This document shows positions 1-10,500 of a DNA stretch of 64,000 nucleotides, one piece after another (the stretch's first letter is position 1; each line of letters begins with the position of its first letter). A program made the position numbers and the translations under genes. The notes beneath the pieces are model-generated. The model worked only from the letters and a program-made list of their open reading frames with translations, was not told where the DNA came from and ran no database searches. Source of the stretch: an uncultured Solirubrobacterales bacterium (GTDB taxonomy: Bacteria > Actinomycetota > Thermoleophilia > Solirubrobacterales > Solirubrobacteraceae); the NCBI GenBank assembly GCA_963746645.1, contig CAVVBQ010000005.1, positions 1,864,279 to 1,928,278 of the forward strand, given 5' to 3'.

Positions 1-1
1 C

Positions 2-1033
2 TTGGAGCTCGTCGGGGAGGCATACGGGTTTGAGGATCTCGGCCAGTTCCGCTCAGGCGTACTCGAAGTTCTCAACCGGATGGTGCCCTCCGAGTGGGCG
101 TCTTACAACGAGGTCGCCACTGAGCCCGAAGAGACCTTCGTGGTGGCGATTCCCGAGATTCCCGAGTACCTAGTCTCCATCTTCTCGAAGCTCGCGCACG
201 AGAACCCGTTGCTGATCCGGATTCGCCGGACGGGCGACGGCCGTCCGTACCGGTTCTCGGACGTGATGGCCCAGCAGGCGTTTCATCGACTTGCCCTCTA
301 CCAAGAGGTCTACCGGCCGCTCGGGGTCGAGAGTCAGATCGCCTTCACCCTGCCCGCCCGCTCGCCATTGGTCCTCGGGATCGCGTTGAGCCGCGGGCAC
401 GAGGACTTCTCAGACCGCGAGGTGCAGCTGCTGTCACTCGCGCGCCCCCATCTGATCCAGGCCTACCGCAACGCCGAGCTGCGGGGTGCCCGCACAGCGA
501 CACTCGCTGCACTCGAGGAAGGCCTCGATACGCTTGGCCGCCACGTCGTGGTGCTCGATCTACACGGACGAGTGGAGTTCGCAACCGACGGCGCGCGACG
601 ATTGCTGGGCGATCCGGATGCGATGCGTCGTGGGTTGACGCAGGAGGTTCGCTCATGGATCTCGGAGCACCGCGGATCACGCTCGGCCACCGAGCCACTC
701 GTGCTGCAGAGTGCCGGGGGGAAGGTACTCGTGCGCTTGTTGCCGAGCCGCCGTTCTGACCGGCGCACGGTGCTGTTGATCGAAGCAGGACCAGGAGAGT
801 TGAGCGCTGCGGCACTGCGCGGACTGGGGCTCACCCCACGTCAGGCCGACACACTGCGTCTCCTCGCCCTCGGCCACTCACCGGCCCAGACGGCGGCCCA
901 GATGAGCATCGCGACGCGCACTGTCGACAAGCATCTCCAGCACATCTACGCCAAGCTCGGTGTCATCTGCCTGTCCCAGGCGACCTCGACGGCCTGGGCG
1001 GCGGTCGGCGTTGAGCGACCAGTCGGCGGCTAG
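2..1033 (+). CDS. LuxR-family transcriptional regulator (N-terminal GAF/PAS-like sensor region, C-terminal HTH); probably 5'-truncated by window edge
   Basis: C-terminal LTPRQADTLRLLALGHSPAQTAAQMSIATRTVDKHLQHIYAKLGV is a LuxR HTH; frame open at window start. Confidence 0.85.
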   Translation: MELVGEAYGFEDLGQFRSGVLEVLNRMVPSEWASYNEVATEPEETFVVAIPEIPEYLVSIFSKLAHENPLLIRIRRTGDGRPYRFSDVMAQQAFHRLALYQEVYRPLGVESQIAFTLPARSPLVLGIALSRGHEDFSDREVQLLSLARPHLIQAYRNAELRGARTATLAALEEGLDTLGRHVVVLDLHGRVEFATDGARRLLGDPDAMRRGLTQEVRSWISEHRGSRSATEPLVLQSAGGKVLVRLLPSRRSDRRTVLLIEAGPGELSAAALRGLGLTPRQADTLRLLALGHSPAQTAAQMSIATRTVDKHLQHIYAKLGVICLSQATSTAWAAVGVERPVGG

Positions 1034-1262
1034 GTCAGGTCATAGTCAGCTATGGAGACACCGCCCTGACTTCAACCTCCCGGACCAGGACAGCCACTCG
1101 GACAAGCTCTCCTGGGCTCAAGGCACTCGAGCGGACTATTCCCGTCACCCACCTGCGCGCGGCTGCGGTTGCTGGCTCGGGCGCAGCGAAGACGGCCGCA
1201 GCCAACCCTTGAACGGACGGCGTCGCCTCGTTTACCACGAGCGAGAGCGTCAACATATTCGT

Positions 1263-1429
1263 GGAACGAAGCAGGGACGAAGCACACGGTGAAAGTAACC
1301 GCCGCCAACGAGCACAGTTGAGCAAACAAATCTGCTCTAGGAGGCAATAAAAGTCCAACGGCACTAACCACCATCACCCCAGCCAAATTTGCAAGCAGGA
1401 GGTCGCCGGTTCGATCTCGGCTGGCTCCA
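1263..1429 (+). repeat. att-like arm copy 1 (167 bp) ending in 3' half of tRNA-Ala
   Basis: Collinear with 3838-4005: shared GGAACGAAGCAGGGAC start, similar middle, near-identical end. Confidence 0.85.
1388..1429 (+). pseudogene. 3' fragment of tRNA-Ala(TGC), displaced att core
   Basis: TTTGCAAGCAGGAGGTCGCCGGTTCGATCTCGGCTGGCTCCA = anticodon loop TGC, T-arm GGTTCGATC, acceptor 3' strand + CCA; no D-arm/5' half upstream. Confidence 0.85.
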
Positions 1430-1780
1430 TTTCACCGGAGGTTCCGGGTCTCGTGTAAACCCGCGGAGAGCACAGATGGCTAGCGCGTTGCTGCTCGTCT
1501 ATAGCATCGATGGCTATGCTCGTGGCAACGTCGATCAGCAACGCGCTTAGCTACTTCGGTACGGTCTTCTTAGCGCGACAGCAGGCATTCTGCTGGGTCA
1601 TGCTCTCTCGCCAAGACTGGACGCTCGGCCGACACGTAGATCCGTCAAGGGCGCGAGACGACATCAACGATCGCTTGACTATGTAGGCCGCCCGCTCGAG
1701 TTTGACGGAGTGGATGTCGGTCTGCAACCGGCACGAGGGAGTCGGCTCTCAGTGGAGTATTGCCTTTCAGTTTCTCGCTC

Positions 1781-2683
1781 TCACGAGCGTCTCGCCGGGC
1801 GCTGGCGGGTCGAGCGATCCGCCTCGAGTGCTTGGGCCTTGGTGGTGGCGATGAACTCGCTGAGCACCTCGACGAAGCGCTTGGGCTCGTCCAGCTGGGG
1901 AAAGTGACCGGAGTCCTCGAAGATCTCCAGACGACTGGTGGGGACCTGGGCGTGCGCGCGGTGGGCGTGGGAAACGGGGATCAGCGTGTCGTTCTGGCCC
2001 CAGACGAAGAGCATCGGCGCGCGTTCGGCCAGGTAGAGGCGATCGGTGGCGTCGACCCGCTGGCCACTGGGCTCGACGACCGAGCGCACCGTGCGCAGGA
2101 ACGCTTCACGGGTGACCTTGTCGGCGAGCGTGGAGTGGCCGCGGGCGCTTTCGCGCAGATCCGTGCCGGGCGGCAGGCCGACGGCTCCCATCGCTCTTCC
2201 CACTATCCGCCCGGCATCGAGCAGCCGTCCGTTGGTGAGGATCGGCAAGACGTACTCGGCACCGGGAAGCGTGGCCGCGCGGAGCAGCGGGCTGACCTCG
2301 CGGCCCAGGCCGCCGCTGTCCACGAGGATCAGCCGTTCGCAGCGCTCGGGAAACTGGTAAGCCATCTGCATCGCAACGCCGCCCCCGAGCGAGTGGCCCA
2401 CGAAAGTGGCCCGGTCATGTCCGAGCTCCTGCAGGATGTCGCGCACGAGACTCGCATGGGCTCCCAATGAATAGTCCCCCGTCGGCTTGGCGGAGCCGCC
2501 ATGGCCGAGCAGGTCGGGTGCGATGACCGTGAAGTGCTTGGCCAGGCCGGGCATGACCTGCGCCCAGGACGTCGAGTCCGACGTGATGCCGTGAATCAGC
2601 ACCACTACCGGGCCGGCTCCGGCCCGGCGATAGGTGTAGCGGTTGCCATGCAGGGTGACACTGCGAAGCCGGTACGCCTTCAT
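1781..2683 (-). CDS. alpha/beta fold hydrolase
   Basis: LIHGITS oxyanion loop, GHSLGG nucleophile elbow, GHFPQLD catalytic His; start moved to ATG of MKAYRLR. Confidence 0.9.
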   Translation of the reverse strand: MKAYRLRSVTLHGNRYTYRRAGAGPVVVLIHGITSDSTSWAQVMPGLAKHFTVIAPDLLGHGGSAKPTGDYSLGAHASLVRDILQELGHDRATFVGHSLGGGVAMQMAYQFPERCERLILVDSGGLGREVSPLLRAATLPGAEYVLPILTNGRLLDAGRIVGRAMGAVGLPPGTDLRESARGHSTLADKVTREAFLRTVRSVVEPSGQRVDATDRLYLAERAPMLFVWGQNDTLIPVSHAHRAHAQVPTSRLEIFEDSGHFPQLDEPKRFVEVLSEFIATTKAQALEADRSTRQRPARRS

Positions 2684-3174
2684 TGCGGTCAACGCTCCTC
2701 TGCTGTTCTGGGCCTGGCCGAACGGTACCGCTAGAGGCCTTTGACGGTTGGCCCGGCACGCGCCAGTCGAGGTGAAGGGGTGGGCCGCCCGACCGCAGGA
2801 CGGTTGGTCGCTGAGACGTACCCACTGCTGATGGCGAGGCGCCGACGAAGGGGATCTGGTAGACCGCAATGACTGGACAACGAGATCTACAACCTCGTAA
2901 GGAGGGTGACCGGATGGAACGGCTGAGCCGCCCGTCGGCTGCCGGTTACCTCATCAAGCGACATGCGTCCGCTGGGGGTCGCGCAAGCTGTTCGAGTTTG
3001 ATTTCGGTTGGCCCGTAGACGATTCTCGGGACTAGACGGTACGAGGGCGGATACGTAGCCTTGGCGAGCGTGTGATCGCGGATTACGGTGAAGCGTTACA
3101 GATCCTCGCCGATCACGATTCTGAGGTGACCATGAAGACGCTTCGCCCAGCGAGCGAGCCGGGCCAAGCCGAGA

Positions 3175-3393
3175 CTATGCGGCGGCGCTGTGCGGAGCGC
3201 TGGGAGCCGGCAGAGCTTCGAGGAGCGTTCGAGGCAGTCTGGTGCTGGCGTCCCAGACCTCGATCGCTACTAGCGTGTGGGTAACACGGTCGTAGTCACG
3301 TAGTCCACCGGGGACTCGCTCGCTGATGACATCGTCGGACTCGCCGGCGGGGAGCCAGGCGATGTCCGCTTCGCGATCGTAATAGGCGTACAT
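3175..3393 (-). CDS. DUF2283-like small protein (putative antitoxin)
   Basis: YYDREADIAWL...GGLRDYD...LVAIEVWDAS matches the DUF2283 pattern YDxEADxxY...DYD...GIEIxxAS; RBS GGAGGAAGCC before ATG. Confidence 0.7.
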   Translation of the reverse strand: MYAYYDREADIAWLPAGESDDVISERVPGGLRDYDRVTHTLVAIEVWDASTRLPRTLLEALPAPSAPHSAAA

Positions 3394-3423
3394 GGCTTCC
3401 TCCAGAGTACCTTGCTCGATCCC

Positions 3424-3690
3424 CTACGGCGAGTCCACACGCCAGGCAGACACGATACGAGCGGTTGTCTCATCGTTGCCAACAGGATGATCGTAGATAG
3501 CTTCAAATCGGACTCCGTATGCAGTTATGCTTCGATGAGCCAATCTGCCTGTCCTTCATTGATCTGGCTTCCTCCGTGTCCGTCGCGAATAGCGTTCTCG
3601 ACATCGGACTGACTCATGCACCGCTCGTCAAGCCGGAGCAGTGCATGAGTAGTCCAGACGAAGCGTTCGATTGGCCAGAGCGGAATTCTA
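3424..3690 (-). pseudogene. DUF4258-like (RelE/BrnT-like) toxin gene interrupted by a frameshift
   Basis: Manual translation: WPIERFVWTTHALLRLDERCMSQSDVENAIRDGH...WLIEA* (TAA 3525-3527), continued in another frame by ITAYGVRFEAIYDHPVGNDETTARIVSAWRVDSP* (TAG 3424-3426); 5' end uncertain. Confidence 0.65.
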
Positions 3691-3837
3691 TGTGGCCATC
3701 CTGCGAACCAGAGCGCATATCGATGCCCGAGAGCATCGATACCTCAACAGCACGAGACGCCTGCCCCTACCTGTTCGAGTCCACAGCACATTCAGGACGC
3801 TCGCGATGCATAGAGCCGAGTACGGCGACACGTTCTG

Positions 3838-4005
3838 GGAACGAAGCAGGGACTAAGCACATAGCGAAAACAACCGCCACCAAAGAGCATCATTGAGCGA
3901 ACAAAGCTGCGCTGGAGCGTCAACGAAGGCCAACCGACACCAACCACCACCATCCCACCCAAATTTGCAAGCAGGAGGTCGCCGGTTCGATCCCGGCTGG
4001 CTCCA
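3838..4005 (+). repeat. att-like arm copy 2 (168 bp) ending in 3' half of tRNA-Ala
   Basis: Direct imperfect repeat of 1263-1429, offset 2575-2576 bp. Confidence 0.85.
3964..4005 (+). pseudogene. 3' fragment of tRNA-Ala(TGC), displaced att core
   Basis: TTTGCAAGCAGGAGGTCGCCGGTTCGATCCCGGCTGGCTCCA with perfect T-stem; 5' half absent. Confidence 0.85.
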
Positions 4006-4209
4006 TTCGGACAATTATCGGCGGCGGAACTAACCGATGTCACGGTACGGTTGCAGCCTACCACCGTCCGTAAAGATCCTGGTAGCCGAGACTCTCCATG
4101 GGACCTGTAGTTTGCTGCCTCACTCACGCCGACGCGTAATGGAGGTACGCGGGAGTGAGAGGCAAGAATTGCCGCCTGGCTTCGTGATCAGGAGACGCTA
4201 CCTCTGCCG

Positions 4210-5061
4210 CTACCGCATTAGGGACAGGAAACGTATGAGGTCTTGCAGCTTCTTGGCCTGGAGGTTCTTGAACGAAGGCATCGGTTCACGCGGCGACAGC
4301 AGTGCATGCTTGATCTGGCGGAACGAAAGTCGTGTGCCGATGTGCGTGAGGTTCTGCCCGGGACCAGGGTTGCCCTCGTCGCCGATCCTGTGGCAGGCCA
4401 GGCAGCCAGACTGGGCGAGAACAGTACGGCCAGCCGCGAATTCTCGTTGCTCGCGCTTGCTGGCCCTCCGTATCGCAATCGGGGTGGGAAGCATTTCTTC
4501 TGGTGTCTGGCCTAGCGGAATTCCGAGCATGAACAGGAGGTCCTCGACGCCCGGAGTGCAATGGCCGTGGGGTTTCAGCTGGCAGTCGTCAACTGTGCTG
4601 AGCCGAGCCTGGGACGATACGAGCCATCGTCCGGCGACTTCTTCGAGGCTGAGCCGGTATCTGCCTAGCGACACGATCTTCACGTCAGGGGTCCCATGCT
4701 CTGTGGTCGACTCGCTGGCAATCAGTGAAAACATCCCTGTCGCGCGGTGCCCTTCGATTGCCAAGTGGCTAGCGATCGCACGCAGAGAGAACGCCATGTC
4801 GTGAGGGAGGCTTGGGGAGGCGGCCGCCGCGAACACGCTTTGCACAGCTTGTTCGCAGACCGCTCCCTGTGATGCGCTCGGCACGATAGTAGGCGAGCGC
4901 GTAAGGTCCGAGCAGAGGGCAGGTGCGTCTCTCAGCAGCTCGTCGCGATAGGGCGCGAGGGCCGCATTCGTGATAGCTGCGTCTGGACTATCGGCTGCGC
5001 TGGCGACACCGAACAGAGCCAACCCCACAAACGGAACCGCGAGCAATCTCGAGCGCATCAT
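4210..5061 (-). CDS. secreted protein with C-terminal c-type cytochrome domain
   Basis: Signal peptide MMRSRLLAVPFVGLALFGVASA; heme motif CLACH and distal PMP Met near C-terminus; ORF track extends upstream to 5178. Confidence 0.75.
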   Translation of the reverse strand: MMRSRLLAVPFVGLALFGVASAADSPDAAITNAALAPYRDELLRDAPALCSDLTRSPTIVPSASQGAVCEQAVQSVFAAAASPSLPHDMAFSLRAIASHLAIEGHRATGMFSLIASESTTEHGTPDVKIVSLGRYRLSLEEVAGRWLVSSQARLSTVDDCQLKPHGHCTPGVEDLLFMLGIPLGQTPEEMLPTPIAIRRASKREQREFAAGRTVLAQSGCLACHRIGDEGNPGPGQNLTHIGTRLSFRQIKHALLSPREPMPSFKNLQAKKLQDLIRFLSLMR

Positions 5062-5226
5062 TACTCGAGAAAGCCTAGCGACGGCCCACCGGCGAGCAAC
5101 CAGATCCGTTCGCTTTGACTTCGGCTGGCTCCGTGAGAGGATCGTCTGCGCACGCCCCGCATCCTCATTGCCTGCCACAATTCGAGGATAGAATCACGCA
5201 AGTGATCGACCCATCGGACGTGTGAT

Positions 5227-5646
5227 ATGAGCGCAACAGACACTGTGATCTCCGTGATGCTGATTGTCCCCGATGGGGCAACAGCCCTTGATTGGTACAA
5301 GAACGCGCTCGGTGCCAAAGAGCTCTGGAACCTGGGCGGCGTGGCGGGTCTTGAGGTCGAGGGCGCCCCCTTCTTTCTACATGAGGTCAACCCACAGAAC
5401 CCTGCTGAGACCGATCCGGCCCGGGCGGCGGTGACGAGCTGTCGGGTCGAGGTGTTCGTCGATAATCCGGACGGCTTCATTGCACGCGCCATCGCCGCAG
5501 GAGCCACAGCCGGGTCGGCAACTAAGGAGCACCAGATGCCCTGGGGCACTCACCGGCAGGGTAGATTCAAAGATCCCTTCGGCCACAATTGGTCCGTTGG
5601 CGACAAGTCGCCACTGAGCGCATTCCAAGCTGAGATGCCGACCTGA
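5227..5646 (+). CDS. VOC/glyoxalase (PhnB-like) protein
   Basis: LIVPDGATALDWYKNALGA...MPWG...GRFKDPFGHNW. Confidence 0.9.
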   Translation: MSATDTVISVMLIVPDGATALDWYKNALGAKELWNLGGVAGLEVEGAPFFLHEVNPQNPAETDPARAAVTSCRVEVFVDNPDGFIARAIAAGATAGSATKEHQMPWGTHRQGRFKDPFGHNWSVGDKSPLSAFQAEMPT

Positions 5647-5674
5647 GGATGACATCGCATCGGGCACACTGTCG

Positions 5675-7396
5675 ATGCCGTGGCGCACAGCAAGGTCGCG
5701 GCGGATCATCGGAGGACGAGGAGTAGGACGAGCCTTCCTTGCGGTGCCCGTGGGTGTATGGCAGACTGCTCGCGTGCGCCGGTGGATCTGGGCATTGATG
5801 GCAGTGGTGGTCACGGTGGTCGTCGCCACCGCGACTGCGGCGACGCCCTCCGTCCTCTTCACGAAGACCCCTCCGAAGCAGACCAATAACACCTCGGCAC
5901 ACTTCGAGTGGACCGGAACGGGGCCCTACAAGTGCTCGCTCGACGGTGCGACTCCCGCGACCTGTACCTCGCCCCAGGACTTCCCCGACCTCTCGGAAGG
6001 TCCGCACAAGTTTTCAGTGCAGGGAAGCGGCACCGGCGCCACCGCTCCCCCACCCGTTGAGTACGACTGGACGGTCGACCTCACTTCGCCCACGACTGTC
6101 GTCACGCAAAAGCCGCCTGCGCTCTCGAACTCCACGGCCGCCACATTTGAATTCAACTCGCCGGACGTCACGGCCACATTTCAATGCTCGCTCAACGGCT
6201 CCCCGGCGCAGACTTGCACCTCGCCTGTCACCTATACCGGCCTCGCGGATGCAACGCGGACGCTTTTGATCCAGGCGGTCGACCCCGCTGGCAACGTCGA
6301 CACACAGGCGCAGCCGATCACATGGACGGTCGACACCACCCCGCCGGATACCGTGCTTGCTAATCCGGGCGACATAGTCGGCGAATCCGACCCGGCGTTC
6401 ACGTTCACCTCCAGCGAGATGAACGCCACCTTCCAGTGCTCCTTCGACAGCGCGCCTTTCGCTACCTGCACCTCGCCGGATCGCGTCGATGTACTTCACT
6501 CCGGCCCTCACCAGTTCAGCGTCCGCGCGGTGGATGCGGCGGGGAACGTCGACCCGACGCCGGCCGTGTACTCATGGACAAGCGATCAGACACCGCCCAA
6601 GCGCCCGGAAGTGACGATCTTTGCCGCTCCACACGCGAAATCAAGCAGCGCCTCGCCGATTCCTAAAGCCGCGCCGGCTCCCGGTCTCAGCCCGACGTTC
6701 ACCAACCCGCTCTCGAAATTGCTGACAACGCCGACCTTCACACTCGGGACGCGACTCCAAGCCCAGTGGAAGAGCGACCCGAGCGCCGTGTCCTATGACG
6801 TGACGGTTACAACCGTCCCCGAGGACTCGACGGGACAGGACGAGCGCGGCGAAGAAGTGATCGAGGTCAAGCAGTACTCCCGCACGAAGCGAACGGCGCT
6901 ACTGCTCACGCCCGGCACCGGCGCCACGGTCTGCGTCAAGGTCGACGCGCGGGACAAGGTCGGGAACGTGTCGAATACCAAGACCTCCTGTACCACGATC
7001 CCCACATCGTTCGCGCCGTTCTGGGGTCCCTATGGGTTCCATCGCGTCAAGGACCCCAAGGCCTGGCGCGGCCACTACATCGTGCTGGGGCATGGGGACT
7101 ACCTCACGCAGCCGATCGGCGATGGGGCGTTCTTCGCACCTTCGAAGGCTGAGCTCGTCGCCGAGCGCTGCCACGGATGCGGTCGCGTCGAGCTCGCGTT
7201 CACGAAGTATCCCGTCGGTGGTCACAAGTTCCAGCAGCTGGCGACAGTTGACCTAGACGGCAAAAGCGATCATCAGGTGGAGGTCGACCTCAAGCTGCCC
7301 CACCGACAGCTCGAGGTCGATGGCAACGGTTACATCGTGCTCTTCAGGCTGAGCGGCAAACCGCGCCTTTCGGGCGTGGGCTTCGATAACAGCTGA
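5675..7396 (+). CDS. secreted protein with three Ig-like repeats
   Basis: Hydrophobic signal segment; repeats F.CSLDG...CTSP..Y..L..G.H...V.A.D.AGN.D; true start may be 5774 or 5798. Confidence 0.75.
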   Translation: MPWRTARSRRIIGGRGVGRAFLAVPVGVWQTARVRRWIWALMAVVVTVVVATATAATPSVLFTKTPPKQTNNTSAHFEWTGTGPYKCSLDGATPATCTSPQDFPDLSEGPHKFSVQGSGTGATAPPPVEYDWTVDLTSPTTVVTQKPPALSNSTAATFEFNSPDVTATFQCSLNGSPAQTCTSPVTYTGLADATRTLLIQAVDPAGNVDTQAQPITWTVDTTPPDTVLANPGDIVGESDPAFTFTSSEMNATFQCSFDSAPFATCTSPDRVDVLHSGPHQFSVRAVDAAGNVDPTPAVYSWTSDQTPPKRPEVTIFAAPHAKSSSASPIPKAAPAPGLSPTFTNPLSKLLTTPTFTLGTRLQAQWKSDPSAVSYDVTVTTVPEDSTGQDERGEEVIEVKQYSRTKRTALLLTPGTGATVCVKVDARDKVGNVSNTKTSCTTIPTSFAPFWGPYGFHRVKDPKAWRGHYIVLGHGDYLTQPIGDGAFFAPSKAELVAERCHGCGRVELAFTKYPVGGHKFQQLATVDLDGKSDHQVEVDLKLPHRQLEVDGNGYIVLFRLSGKPRLSGVGFDNS

Positions 7397-7556
7397 TCCC
7401 ATCGATGGCCAACCCCGCCTGAGGCTCTGGTCACTACGCCGACCCTCGCCGGTCCGTGAAGCGCCTGCTTGATGGTCTCCTATGAGCCCTAGGATCGGGC
7501 ATGGGCTCGATCGCTTCGGCTAGCGCACCGGCCCCCGATAGGCAATAATCCGCAGC

Positions 7557-10500
7557 ATGGGGGCAGGATCACGGACGGTCCAGAGGAGCACGAGGATGCT
7601 TGCCCTACTACTCCTGACGCTCGCTGCGCTCGCGCTGCTCGCTGGCGAGGCCGCCGCCGAGTACCAAGGCACTCCCGGCAAGATCGTCTATGTCGACGGG
7701 GGCGGGGGGATCGCAAGCAAGTTCCCGCTCAAGCTCTGGGACCCGGGTCTCGCCACGCCGAGCGAACCGAACAAGGGCATAAAGATCCTCGAGGAAGAAA
7801 CCTTCCACTATCAGACGGGCCCCGACGAAGTCATCCTCGGCCAAGCCTCGACGCCTGTCTTCTCGCCGGACGGTAGGAAGATTGCTTACTCGAAGATCGA
7901 ACAGGACGATGGCTGGCCCGACGAAGTCGTCGGCTACCACACTGCAATCTGGGTCGCCAACGCGGACGGCAGCGAACCCAAGCAGATCACGTTCCCCGCT
8001 GAAGCCGTCATACCGCCGCCGGAATGCAATCCATGCAACGGCCATTCGGTCGCCGACTACATGCCGAGTTGGAGCCCCGATGGCAACACGATCGCCTTCG
8101 TCCGCTCGGTCCAAGCCGGCGAAATCGACTCGATGTATTCACAGCGAGGAATCAATATTTGGACGGCGTCCGCCAAAGGTGGTGGGGAGACCCAGCTGAC
8201 AACGGGGGAAGACCGCATATACCTGAGCGACGTATGGAGCAAGCGGGGCATCGTGACCGCATACGACGAACCCAACGAAGAGGGACAGGTTCTCGGTCTA
8301 CTCTCCTCGGGTGGCGGCGAACCTAGCATGATCGCCGACCCTAAAGTTGTGACTGACTTCGACGTGTCCCCCGATGGGGAACACGTCACCTACTCGACTC
8401 GCACTGGGACCGGCTTTGACGATCATGTCGTGAACGTGGAAGGCGGCGAAGACGAAATCCTCGCCGAAGGCTTGCCGACTGTCCTCACCCGGTACTCGAA
8501 CACCGGCAACGGAATTCTCCACGATGACTGCGACCAGGTCGAAGTCGCAGGAAAAATGACCAAGCGTTGCGGCATCTTCGAGGAACACACCCCCGACCCC
8601 GAAGGCGACATCCGCAGCGACGAACCCCGTGATCGCTTCGAGCTTGGCTGGATCGACAGCGGCGGCGTCAACTACGACGGCGGCGGGTTCTCCCGCTCGC
8701 TCTGGGACGTTCAGGCCCAACAGCTGCCGGTCCTCTTCATCCCGGGTTTCCTCGGCTCAGAAATCAAGGCTTGCGGCTCGACAGCCTGGTTCAACTATGG
8801 ACACCTCAACGAAATGTCGCTCGCCTCCGACGGCCAGACCAACGCGGTCTGCTCCGACGCCGCCCCAACGGGCGAACTGATCTCACCGTTTGCCTACCGC
8901 GAAATCGCGAAATGGATCAAAGAAACGTTCGGCGCCTCGAACACGCGCTTCAACTGCGAACGCGCCAACGTCCTTGGCTGGGACTGGCGCAAGGCGCCCC
9001 AGCCGAACTTCGAAGCCTTGAACACGAAGATCACCGAAGCGCTCCAGAAAGACAAATGCGCAACTGAAGAGGGAGCCAAGCGCGTCGTGATCATGGCCCA
9101 CTCCTACGGCGGGCTGCTGACACGAGCATTTGTCGAAAAGCCCGAATACGCCAAGCGAGTCGCCCGCGTGGTGACGGTCGGGACCCCCTACTGGGGCTCC
9201 CCCAAGGCGATCTTCCCCTCGGCCTATGGAATCGAGCTCCCGGGCTCATTCCTCAATCACTTCTTCATCAAGGAAGAACTCAAGGACTTCAGTCACAACC
9301 TGGCTGGACTCATGCAGCTCTTTCCGTCCCCCAGCTTCGGTCCTTGGCTGTCCCTCGACGGTGCCGCGGCGATCGGGGGGCGGTCTGTCTCGTCATTCCT
9401 GGGATCGCTTGGAAATAGCACCACGCTCTTTCAAGCCGCGCAGACAAACCACGAATCGATCTATGATCACTTTTTTACCAACTACGACTGGATCGACTAC
9501 CGCGTCGTCGTGGGAACTGGTGTCCTGACCCCAGGGTCAATCTCGATCGAAGGAGGCCCAGGCGACGAATCGACGGTCCACCTCGGCGTCACAAATGGCG
9601 ATGAAACCGTCCCCGCCAAGAGCGCGACGATGGGACAGATGGGCTCGCAACCCAGCGACCCCGGCGTCCACATCCAGGACATCGGGCACATCACGCATAT
9701 GAAGGAGGCCGAATCCCAGCCGGTCGAGAACGACTACCTCGAATACCTGGACTTCGGCCGCACCCCGCGCAAGACCGAAGGGTCGGCCTCGGCCAGCGGA
9801 TCGCTAACCCGCATCTACAGCGGGACTCTCGGAGAACCGAAACCGCAGGCTGTCCTACCTGCGACTGTGGCTCGAGGCACACGCGCTCGAGCGACGGGGA
9901 GTGTACATGCAGCGACACAGGTGTCAGAACCGCTCTCGCTCGAAGAAGCCGCCGAAAACGATCAGATCGACCTGTTCGAGTTCCCCGGCGAAACCCAGTT
10001 CCTAGCTAACTCATTCGAACCGGTGACGATCGCGGGCACGGCCAACGGCCTGAAGCTGACCGTGACGGAGATGACAGAAGAAGGGGCACTCGTCACACTC
10101 GCCTACGGCCCCCTCGACGGCCAGGTCCAGATAGCGACCGGCGAAGAAGGGACCGAGGTCCTCCAGAACGGAACACCGGTCATCGGCACGGTCGTCGAAG
10201 GTGAAGAACCCCAGCCTAAACTGGGCGGCGGATCGAGTGGCGGAGGCGGATCAGGAGGCGGCGGTCCGGGTCCAGGCGGCGCACATAGCCCCGGTTCGGT
10301 TGCCCTCTCTGCGCTGTTCAAGGTCGCCCGCGTGAAAACCGACTCCCACGGCAATATCACCCTCAGTTTGCTCGCACCAGGCGCAGGAATCTTCCGGGCG
10401 CGCTCCACGACCGCTGTCCCGCGGCGATCATCGGGCACCCGGGCGTCGCGGACACACACGGTTCTCTACGGGACTGCAACCGGGAAGGCCAGCCGGGCAG

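Noticed and set aside
1050-1364. ORFs overlapping att arm 1 as an integrase fragment
   Set aside because: No R-H-R-H-Y or serine-recombinase motif in any frame I read
1388-1429. Calling this or 3964-4005 an intact tRNA-Ala gene
   Set aside because: No 5' acceptor strand or D-arm upstream; only the 3' half is present
1760-2470. Numerous long antisense or alternate-frame ORFs throughout (e.g. 1760-2470, 27214-28056, 37932-38840, 62066-62734)
   Set aside because: Shadow ORFs of real genes in GC-rich DNA; Arg/Ala/Pro-rich with no motifs
2979-3284. Possible second antitoxin remnant (RSLGERVIADYGEALQILADHD)
   Set aside because: Only a faint resemblance to antitoxin C-termini, with an in-frame stop at 3033 and no partner; not supportable
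10225-10290. G-rich repeat as a DNA element
   Set aside because: It simply encodes a Gly/Ser linker within the lipase fusion
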